Translations under genes and position numbers: made by a program
NCBI GenBank assembly: GCA_050084985.1
Contig: JBITNC010000001.1
Span: forward strand, 24,924,001 to 24,988,000
Reading direction: 5' to 3'
DNA: 64,000 nucleotides
Origin: Nageia nagi
Taxonomy: Eukaryota > Plantae > Pinophyta
Notes under the pieces: generated by a model
Databases searched by the model: none
Seen by the model: only the letters and a program-made list of their open reading frames with translations
Told to the model about the DNA's origin: nothing
Part shown: positions 12,868 through 24,300 of the stretch, piece after piece
Layout: each line of letters begins with the position of its first letter
How positions within the stretch are numbered: the first letter of the stretch is position 1

Positions 12868-13870
12868 ACATAACCACATATTTACCTTTAATTTCATTAG
12901 CTCTAACCTTTAGACTAAGATATCATTTATAAAGTATAAAGAGTATTGCATTAACTAAATACTTATAAATAGGAGTAAAGGTTATCCCTATAACGATATT
13001 AGGAATTCATACCTTTATAAATTATCACCTAAAAACAACTCTTAGATCTCTTCATAATTATTTATTATTAGTTTTTGTTATGTGATTATCCTAAGTTTAA
13101 CAAATAAACATCACATTTTATTATGAATTGTTCAATTATATTGCTTATGCTGCTATTAATTACTATTATTATAATGTAAGTACAAATTTGATTCCATTTT
13201 TTACTATTATATTAGTTCAATCATAACAATTTTATTACACAATCATTATTTTTTTGTGGGTTCAATCGTGAAGCAAGCTCATGATCGGTAGCAAGGTAAA
13301 CTCTTAACATCTCCTCTATTCGTATGAGGGTTATGGAAAAAAAATACGACAATAACCAAGACATAACCAAAACGTAACCAAATTACAACATTTTGAAGCA
13401 ACCATCTAAAGACTCGAACTTGAAACCTCCTATATAAGAATCTAAGCTTGAAATATTGAACTATCACTTTAGAGATACACAACCGTTGATGTTGTAAATT
13501 CACTTCGAAACTATTATTAATTATTGTACAAAAGTACCAATCCATATCAAGATAAGTTATAATTCAATACTATATAATTTTTATGATGTAAGGCGTTCCC
13601 TCTTTAAACCTCTCACTTTTCCATCCAACATTCAATATCAATTGAAAACCACCCAAAGTTTTCTATCAGAAGCGAGTTTTCAGGAAACTGCTCCGGACCA
13701 AATGGGAAATGGTCGAAACATCGAAGAGGGTTGGGAGGGAAGGTGTGATTACGGCATAGAGAGAGATTGGACGAAGTGACATCGGGGGAAGAGAAACAAA
13801 AGAGTTGGACTGTAATTGAAACATTTTCAACCCTTGATTCCACGTCAACCTGTTCTCCATCAGGTGTTCT

Positions 13871-14198
13871 CCGCATCATGCATCTTGTCAAACAATTCAA
13901 CTTTCAACATGTCCGTTTTATCCGTATCATGTGATCATCGCAGTCCATGAAACTGTGTTTACATCAGGCATCTTGTCAAACAATTCGCCTGCCTTCTCTA
14001 CGTGTCCACATTTTGCATACATGTCTACCAACGCACTCACAACCACAACAATTGACAAAAAATTGTTTTTAAAGATGCTTCAAGGACGGTGGGAAAGGTG
14101 AATTGATCCGGTTGGACTACTGCTGTTGTTTGTGTCAATACCTGTCGAGGAAAGCCATGTCCTTCGCAATCTGAAATTATCATATTCCATGAGAGGAT
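13871..14198 (-). pseudogene. PLS-class pentatricopeptide repeat (PPR) gene fragment, decayed
   Basis: ILSWNMIISDCEGHGFP...VQPDQFTFPTVL, then [43 protein letters not shown] and a frameshifted ELFDKMHDA; stops, frameshifts and internal deletions. Confidence 0.85.
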
Positions 14199-15071
14199 GT
14201 AGCATGTATTGACTTAAGACTATAATTTCCGACATACCCATTGCATAGGGTTGCAATTGGTAGTACTAATTTCAACATCTAATTGTATCAATCGATGAAT
14301 AAATATGTTTCAATATAATTAATCAAATCATAATAATCCATAATTATTTAAACAAATGTAATAACTATGATAAATCAGGCATTAACTCCATGAAAATCCT
14401 CGAATTTTGAAGAGAATTACTAAATCACCAACTAGATATTATTTGATAATAATTTAAAGTTCAATTTAATTACCTACATAATTAATTTACAGAAAGTTGC
14501 GGCGTAATCATCAAATAACTTGACACAAACCTTAGGCAGTTTTTCTTAACTAAGAAAATGTACACACAAGAAGCTTATCGACTTCAATAACGAAAGCAGA
14601 CGTGATTCTGAATAATTAATATAATACCAAAATATTTATATCTACGACGTTTAGAATGAATTATTACATAATGTGCTTTAAGAGTGGCATCATATACATA
14701 TGAAGTATTATCCGGGCCAAGTGGAGCACAAAACAAAAAAGCTAGATGCGAGAATAGAAAAATTCACCTCCATATGAGGCATAGCAGCCTATAATATTTT
14801 CATTACTTACTGGTTCTGTGAATTGTTCTTACAGAATAATATTTGAATAGAGAGCACTATCCTCTGTATACATTTAATTCATTGGCATATTTCTTGATCA
14901 AAAATCATGGAAGTTTAACCGTACTTACTAACAATAGGGTTAATTTAGTATCTTTACTTGGCGTATGCGATGTCATTCACATCATTGGTACAAAAGTAAG
15001 AGGACAACTGACAACAATGATAAATATACATGTATTCCCCAAAAGGGATGCCAGTATGCTACATTGTAATA

Positions 15072-15370
15072 TTAGTGGGATGACCATCTTGATTTCCCAT
15101 CCTGGAGATTGCTAGCTGATGATGTCCGAACTATTTTATTCCCCTTATATGCAGTGCCAGATCTTTCGTTGTCTTTATTTTGTGCGTACATATTTCTGTA
15201 CTTATCAATTTGAAGGTGATTTCCTGGTGAAAGCCATCTTGATCTTTGGTCGCTTGTATTTCCCACGTGATGATCTTGACCATTTGGAGTGATCTCCAAC
15301 AGAGGAGAGTTTGCAGAGCTCTCATTCGAAGTCCTCGAAGTATGCATGGATGAATCCTCAGCTCCATTCC
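15072..15370 (-). CDS. NHX6: NHX terminal coding exon, 98 aa Ser-rich tail ending GKSRWSSH*
   Basis: ttctcaacAG acceptor in correct phase; open to TAA at 15074-15072 (ORF 15072..15398). Supported by splice phase and openness, not by recognised homology. Confidence 0.72.
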
Positions 15371-18300
15371 CTGTTGAGAATATAAAATTAGTAGTCATAT
15401 CTAGAATTCAGTATAACACGACATGCAATTCTGAATTTAGAAATTCCAAAATCAGAATTCTTCCAAGGAAAAAAGAAAGGAATATCTACAGGACATTCAC
15501 TTCACCAAATAAATAATGTATCAAATCCTCCGTCATTTGATCATACCATTTGATGTTCTATGCCCACGCATGTCGCCATTATGAGCAGTGAAAAACGGGG
15601 TCAAGAAGTTCCTGTCTATCGCAGTAAAAGTTGCAGTGCTGCAGTAAATAATTCCCATGAAGTCTAGATAAGCACCACCTTCTTACTCAAGCAGAAGATG
15701 CAATATTTATGAAAAAAAAGGTTGTAATCAAGAATATTACAAGAATAATCCGGAAATCAACAAACCTCTTACGAAATTCTTTAAGCTTCATTTTAAGATT
15801 CTGACCAGGACTCGGAGTACCAGTCTCTTCAACATATGGAGCTCTATAATCACTTTCTTCTTCTGATTCCTGCAAGGATAAAAGGATGTATTAGGTTGAG
15901 AGATACAATGAAGCTTAGATGAGAAAAACTGCAAATGGAAGACAACAAAAGAAAAGTGTTGACATTTAAAGGAGGTCCAACTTAGAAATGTTAAAAGGGT
16001 TGCTGAGGTAACCTTGATGATAAATTAAGACTTCAAAATATGTATTTTTGAACAATTGCTCAAAATAATTATGAATGGATGGTGGAAACTTGAGACAATG
16101 AACTCTTTAAATCAATCACTGAACTTACACAACATTTCGAACCCATATTGTAAATGGTGAGACTTCTGAGTTGCAGTCGTACATTTCAGGATTGAACAGG
16201 AAAAAAAAAATTAGAGAATTGCTACCAATGAAATTTTTCCTGCAGGGTATTAAGAAAAAGACGTACAAATTGGGAAAACTATATAATTAAATAACTTCAG
16301 AACATCTTTACAAATGAAGATTTTGTTGCAATGTACTAGGAAACAGTTTTCTCACCCAATAAACTGATCTGAATTCAATACCTTTTCCTATCATGCTTAT
16401 CAATGATACAGACACCGTGTAGGTACATATCATAAGTGGACTAAGATGAATAGATGATATTGAGTCTTGACTGCTAACAAAGGTCCAAGTCCAAGTCCAA
16501 AAATCAAACTGAAACCTTTACTATACTCTTTTCAGCATTTCCCAATGTCTTTTTCTTATAATTAAGCATTTATAAGAGAAATTATACGTGTATGGTAATA
16601 CCCTGTTATATTATCATTGACCTCGGCAATTAGAAGACCTCACCTCTCCAAAATCAATACCATGACCATCACCAATCACCTCCAAGGCTTGAAGCATTCT
16701 AGCTGTTGAACCTCCAATCAGTAAGACCTGAACACAATTATTTCTTTTTACAATACATCAATAGCTAAATCGGCACATGACTCTACATAATCTTCAATGG
16801 TTCCTAGAGAACGTTAAATCTGAAATGATGCGATTGAAAAATAGATTGAGCCCACAATCCAGTTGACATATTCACAATTTACCGTGAGAACAACAATAGC
16901 AGTAGTGGCGGTGAAGATTGTCTGGCCATGCCCATCAGGTAGCTCATGAACTGACTGTAGAGCAAGAGCAAATGCCATTGCCCCCTCAGCCCTGTGCACA
17001 TAAAAAATTATGAATCCTTTTAGTTCATGAAGGTCTCACTTCTACTGTCAACCTACACACGACATAACTAAACATGAGTAACAACATTAGAATTTGGCTC
17101 ACCACAGTAGCAAAGGGCCTTTTGATGTTTCATTGGTATTTTTCTACTTGCTGGCCGCACAAGGTTGATCAAGTAGGCACAAGGGAACACATTTGCAGCC
17201 CTGAAATATGACCATGTGAAGAAAATATAGTCAGGACAAGAAAATATGGTCCTCTAATGTTCATCACTCATGGAGGAAAAAGAGCTCTATGCACATTCAC
17301 AAATAACCATCTGGTCAGTGGAACTTGTTAAAGATGACACACATCAAAGATAATTGCATTAACAACAACAAACACTGCCAAGAAAACACCAAAGGAGGAT
17401 TTAAGCGAAAACATTATGTACTTCGATGTTAAACTGGGGTGAATTCATGCCAAGGATCACCTCTCTTTGTCATAAGTATACTTATTGTAGTATGGCTTAA
17501 CTCTCTTTATGCTATGAAAATTCAAAATAATACTATAATGAGATTAAAAAGGTATGCAAAAAGGACCAATAGGTCATTTATATGAAACCCATAAAGGAAT
17601 ATTTTAAGAGAGAGGAAATGGAGCGGAGCCCTGGCCAGAGGACGCGGAGAGGATTTGAAGCCGATGAAGCAGAGGAGGAAGATGGCGAAGCAGATGACGG
17701 CCACAGGTTTCAGGCTGCAACTCGTCAGCAATCGGCTAGGGTGTTGAGGCCACCAACAATCCCTGCAGGAAGAAACACTGAAGAAAGGAAGCTGCTAAGA
17801 AACGAGTTTGACTTTGGAAAGCGGCATTAGAGAGGAAATGGGAGTAGCTATGAGAAAAGCGTGGAGTTGAAAGCCCTAAGCCACCATTTTTTGGGAAAGG
17901 GGCTTGTTGACATGGCTCCGGAAGTTGTCTTTGGTGAAAACGGGGTGAAGGATTTTTCTCTGGAATCTCGTTTTTCTCCAGATGAAATATATGGGTTGTT
18001 TGCGGTTGTAACTCCAATAATCCCACCTTTGGACTTCTCTTTGGAGGCAAGATTCTTAACCAAGGAGTGATATCGGAGGATCCAAGGAATGTAACCCTGG
18101 GAGGTGTGGAAAATCCTCAAAAGGTCTCTGGACAGAAGGGTTCAGGGATTTCAAAGACCACAAACTTGCTCTTGTTCATCTGGAGAATATCAGGATGGGG
18201 ATTCATTATCCTGGTGGATATAGAGGCCCGACGTGTCCAGCAAGTTATCTGCTGGTGGGATTTTGAGCATCTGCTCAAACCATGGAGCAACTCCCAACCA

Positions 18301-21300
18301 ATTTGTAAGGATTTTTGTGGGCATATTCAAGTCAAAGAAGGAATGCATTGGAAGGGAGAGATCCTGGTCCTTCTGTGGGGAAGGACATTGTGAGGAATTT
18401 AGAACGAGACTGTCCCAGGTTTTGCCTGGTAAATTTCTGTGAACGGGCACCAAATAATGATTCAAACTTTCAAGCCCCTTGGTGTCCTATGAACTTCCAA
18501 GCCAGCTAGAAGGTTAGGTGCGAGAAGTTTTAAAATTTGTTTTTAAATTTCAAATGTCTATTTGGAATTAGCTTAATGAAGGTGTACAAGTTCTAATGTG
18601 TATCTTAAGAAATGTACAAGGTGGGGAGTTCTATCCTAGATAGTGGTAGGAGATGATTTTGAGTGTGGAATTTTTTTAAGTTTCAAAATTGTTCGTGCTC
18701 GATCAGGTTTAGGGACTTTTTTCGATTGTTCGGGCCCTGATCAGGTGGAGGGGCAATTTTGGAACTACTTTGGTTGTAAAAGCTTTTGGGAGCCTTTCAA
18801 AACTCAAGCATTGGTTATTGGTTCCGTAAAAACCACCATCTAATATTAATAAAAAAAAAATCCATAAAGGATTCATTATATAAATCATATATAGAAAAAA
18901 GCTGAATGGATGCCCTTGAAAACAGGTGGTGGATGGGAATATATACCATTCAAGGCCTATAACTTGGAGAGTTTGTAAAATCTCATACACACGACTTGCT
19001 AACCTTAAGATAAGTTGTTAAGGTAGTTTGTTGACTGTTGCTTAGGACATGTAACGCTGTTATTTGTATATTTTAGGCTGTTTGATTGTTCACATAAGTA
19101 AAATATGACTAATCTATCTCAAATTTAAATGATAATGATATCCTTGTTCTGAAAAAATCATGATTCTCAGTTTTGAAAAAATATTAATTGTGACTAATTG
19201 TATGAAGATAGCATGAGATAACTTAAATCATGTATTCTATGAAATGACTATGGAATCAAGACAGATTTTAATAACCTGTTGTGCCCGCACATCATGCCCC
19301 CTAATTTTCGCAAAATTTGGGGACCCTAACTTTTCACAAGTGACACCTTCAACAATCAAATTTCAGGAAAAACAAGAGCTAAAAATGGAATCAGCATGCA
19401 TTGGCTAAAATCCTCCAAAATTCTCTCTTGAAAACTTGCACAATTTCAATTAGGTCACATATTTTCAAGAGTATGCACGGGCTAAGTTCGTAAAGGGTGT
19501 GATCGGGGCAAAAAATTTCTAAGTTTTGGGTTGCATAAGTTTTTAGGTGCAAAAGTGTTTTTTTTCAAAGAAAGAGCGACTCTGGCATGTAAGGGAAGTA
19601 AAATTGCCCAAAATTCCAAATATTTGCTAATCAACCTCAACCTGAGCAAAAATTTCTAAGTATGAAGAGGTCGCGCATTTTTGGGGGTATGCAAAAAGGA
19701 TGGTTTTGAAGATAAGAGACCAAAATAAAAAAAATAAGTAGGTCACACATTTTGGCAAGAATGTCCCAAATCAGTAGGTTGCGCACTTTGGTAAGAATGC
19801 CCCAAATTAATCAGGTCGTGCATTTCAAGAAGAGTGCCTTGGTAATGAGGTCACGCATTGTGAAGGTAATGCATGGGGCATGGCCCGAAAAACATGCGAC
19901 CAAGGCCAGCTAGGTCGCAAGTTTCAAGGAGGATGCATGAAACATGTTTTTGGAAGCATGAGACCTAGGTTCCTCAAAAATTGAGCCGGTAGAGGTATAA
20001 AAGGAGAGCACTCATTTCATTTTAGCATAAGTGCGGATCAAACAATAGTTGGTCGCGTGTTTTGCATCGCATGCCCAGGTCGCATGTTCTAAGAAAGGTG
20101 CACAGAGCATGTTTTTGAAAGCATGCGACCAAAGGAAAATAGGTCGCACGGTTTGAAGTGAATGCTTGAGGCATGGTTTTGAAAACATGCAACCAAGGCT
20201 TCCTTGAAAATTGAGCCAAAGGGATATAAAGGGGAAGCACCTCTTCATTTCGAAAGGAAATTAAAGCCCAAGTAAAACAGGTCACATGTTCTCTCTTGAA
20301 CGCCCCGCCATGGCTAGTCACATGTTTCAAAAAGGATACCTTGTGCAAGTATTTTAAAACTTGCGACTAGCCTATTTTCAAAAATTGTGCCAGTGAAGCT
20401 ATGAAAGGGATGCCCCCTCCATTTCAACACAAGTGCAAGCTCAAAATTTGGTCGCGCATTTTTAGTGAAGTACTCCAAAAAGGTGGTCATGCGTTTTAAA
20501 AGGCATGCAAGCATCATCTTCTCAAAAACATGCAAACAGGCCCATTTTGTATCAGCATGCGACCTTGCCTAAATGAATACATGGATTACTGAGAACGACC
20601 CATATGGCATGCCAAAGATATAAAAACCCAAATTGACCACCCTTTTTCATCATTTGCAAGGTAAAGAACTGGTCGCACGCTTAAGGGAGAATGTGGATGC
20701 AATATTGAGAAAACATGCGACCTAACCTAATTGATGAGGCCACATGACCTGAAGGAGACACCATTTTGAAGAAACACCAACCTAGAACATTGAAACTCAT
20801 ATTTGGCAAAGGGGTCTTTGTTCCATTAAAGAAAGAGTTGGTCATGCAATTTGAAGGGTATACAAGGGGCATGGTCTTAAGAACATGCGACCTCACCCAT
20901 ATTGACAAATGATTGCTAAATAGATGTGTGAAGAGTTCTTTGGACTAGAATTGGCCAAATTACATCATTTAGAAGGGTCAGGGAATAAATTTGATTGAGG
21001 TTTGAGATCCCTTGAGGCTTCAAGACAGGTCAGGTCACACACTCCAGTTGGAGTGCTATAGGCATCATTATCAAAAGTAACGATTTAGAAAAGGGAGTTC
21101 ACCAAAACATAACAGATTGGAGGTCTAAGATAAAACCGGTCGCATGATTTTCAAAGTATATAGTTTCAAGTTAACAAAGTGTGCGACCACTTCAAATTGC
21201 TGGAATAGCTCGCCAAGTGTCAAAGTTTGGTTCAGAGGTACATACAGACCAACATTTCTCTCAAAAGAGATTTATAAGAAGGGGCAAATTCTCTCAAGTA

Positions 21301-24300
21301 CTCATATTATTGTCACTCAAATTTGATCGCTTGTTTCCAAGAGAAAGCCATAATTGTTCTGTGGAAACCAAGTGACCTAGGTTTTGGAGTTGGGAAAGTC
21401 TTGTGGTATAAAGAGTAAGCCCTTCGTTGATCCATCTACATTCTAGTTGTGTTTTTTCCCTGTTGTATTGTCAAAACTACCATAGTAACCCTATTTGTTC
21501 TGATCCTTTCAATCATCTATCGGGTAAAGTACGTCGGGCGAAAGTCAAGCTCAGAAGGCATTCACAGGTAGTGGCTTGCTTAGCTTTTATTTGTTCTGTC
21601 CAGTAAAGTCTACCCTTTTGGGTCGCATCATTTCATAAGTTCGGTATGTTTGTATGTTTATTTTGGTGCGACCTAGTTAGAGCCAAGTCCCTTCTACACC
21701 ATTGCCTTTTGTTCTATTGTCAAAACATGGTTCCCCAACTCAACCTGATTTATTTTCCTCATGACATTGTCTATGACCAATTTGTCCCCATTTTACTCTT
21801 CCACATTAGCCTAGAGATGATATTGTTTTCCTATAGTAGGTACATCAAAATCCTAAGTATGGGCCCAAGAGTCCGTTAAGAAATTGAAGCCAAAACGTCC
21901 AAAAGGGGACATAAGGGGATAAATCGTAAAGAGAAGGGGAAGAAGCCAGTAAAGGCCAAGGTTGCCAAAGACGACCTTCGAAACTCACTTGCCCCTTGTT
22001 CAAAGCGGTTGGTGAGGGATACCTTAATTAGTTTTGAGAAGGATGGCAAGACCTTTCTCTCTAAGGGAGACTTCAGGAATAATTTGGTCGGCATCACAAA
22101 CATAGATTGATCCCATACTAATGCTGAGAAGACCTTGGATGTGATTCAAAAATTGGATAAGATTCCTTTGTCTCGAGAAGTGCTATACACATCCAGGTTG
22201 GTTGATATAAGTATCATTCCTACTGCTGCCCCATTCCAAGAATTGTATTGGGAAGTAGGGAAACGGTGTAACTTTTTGAAGAGAGTCCTCTTTGATACCA
22301 CAAACCACAAAATCATGGACTTCTCGATGAAGGAGATTGAAGAGGGTTTCAAATTGTCCAATGAAGAAATGATACATACAGAAAAGGACTCCATGGCTTT
22401 TTACAAAGGATTACGTAAGCCCACAGAACTACTCAAGCAATGGCAGCAAGTGATTGCCAACATTATACAAGGGCTAAATTGATCAATGCTCCCAGAACTA
22501 GTTTCCACAATTTGGTGTCCCAAATTATCAATCTTTTGTGCAAAATCACTGGGCAACCAACTGATTTCAAGTTTAAAATTGAATTCAAAAGCTTCATTTA
22601 TCAAATAGGTATGGGTAAGAAGATTAGATGGAGCAGAGTCCTCGGTGATGCATTGAGTGAGCAGTTGATGCAGATTGGTAAAACCAAGAAGTTTTATATA
22701 AATACATATTTGGTGTATCTCCTATTGGATAGGAAAAATATGGCTTCTGCTCATGGCGATATTGAAAGGCTATCTAATCCCGCTAGCCTGGTGTGGTATC
22801 GTTATCCCAAGTTTTGGTACCCAAACTAGTGGGAAGATTGCCAAATGAAGATAGATGGGTGGAAGTACCCGATTTTGAGAGAAATAAAGGGAAACTTAGT
22901 TGTAAAAATGGTTTTTGCTTCCACATATCAAGCCGTCAGACCATATGGAGATCTCTTTCTATAAAGTAGTGGTGCAACAGACATACGAGTATATGGTTCT
23001 CAGGAGCCACCAATTTTGTTACCCAAATATGTCAACAATAGGTTGATAATAATGGAGTTTTGCAAGAAAATTTTGTATTTGCCAAACAATGTCTAGAAAA
23101 AGAAAGATGTTACTTTCAATCTGCCCATTGTAATTGGCGAATACTCTTGCACCAGGTGGAAGGAGGTGGAGTCGGCCTCTAAGGAAATTTGTCTTTATGA
23201 ATTTCCCAATCACACAACTATATCAGAGTAATGATCTAGAAGAGAAGATAAAATAGTTTTGCTTGGCTTACTCAAAGATTTGGCCAATGCCTATTACCCA
23301 TCAATCCATAGGACTATTGGAGATATATAGAAATGTCATGAAAGATGATGAGATCTTGAAGGTCCATCAAGAGCTATTGAGGCAACCTAACTTGGATAGC
23401 ATTATGAGGAAAGGGATTGATTTCGAAATAGCAAAATTGAGAGGAATAAATGCAATAAGGAATCTTGAACCATCATAAATAATAATGGGAATATTTCCAG
23501 AGGGACCGTAAGAGAGAACTAGAGAATATGGCACTTTCAAAGCAGCTCAATATCCAAGATCTCCATCACGACACCTTGAAACTGTAGTACACGTGATGAA
23601 AAAGGATATGCAGGAACACGAGACCACTAAGTTCCCGTTAAACACTCTCATCTACACAGTGAGAAAGAGTCCTCTTAACACTATTGATGATTTAAGACCA
23701 GATAAATCAAAGTCAAAAAGCCCAGCCAAAGTTACCAGGATGCCTAGAACACAAAGACCCTCTAGAAGGATTCTTGTTGAAAAAGACTCTAGTAGACCTA
23801 CCAATGATGAGACAGTGGACAGAACTTTGGATATAGAGGAAGGAGAATTTTTCATAAATGATCTTGTGATAGGAGAAAGTCACGACAGCAGGAGCTCCCC
23901 TAAAGGTACCAAAAAGAATGATTCAAATGATAGTAGTACTACTTCGAGCAGCTCAGATTTCAAGGGAAGTTTGAATTCTAGTAAGAGTTCTAGATCAAGT
24001 AGCTCAAGAACCAATGGTTCCAAGTCTGGTAGTTCGAAAACTAGTGGTTCGAGATAAGAAAAGAATGACGAATCCAGCAGGTGTAAATCCTCCTCCCGAA
24101 AGATCAATGGAACAAATAATTCAAAACACTCCTGTTGCTTTGGAAATTCTTAACCAATTGTATCAATCCTCTTCTGATGATGAAGAGATTATTGTTGTTG
24201 ATGAAGTTTATGAAGAAGAGACACAGGAGTCCGTGACATCACCTCCCATTGATGCTCCCCCTTCTTCCACTCACTCCCATTCACATAAGGAGAAAAACTC

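Noticed and set aside
10400-13600. Short ORFs and weak inverted repeats in the AT-rich intergenic stretch
   Set aside because: No recognisable motifs, splice structure or paired TIR/TSD.
16970-17110. Alternative splice sites or programmed frameshifting that might rescue the NHX frame
   Set aside because: The alternative donor 3 nt upstream and the alternative AG 7 nt downstream both leave the exon out of frame. Nothing supports recoding; a homopolymer error is simpler.
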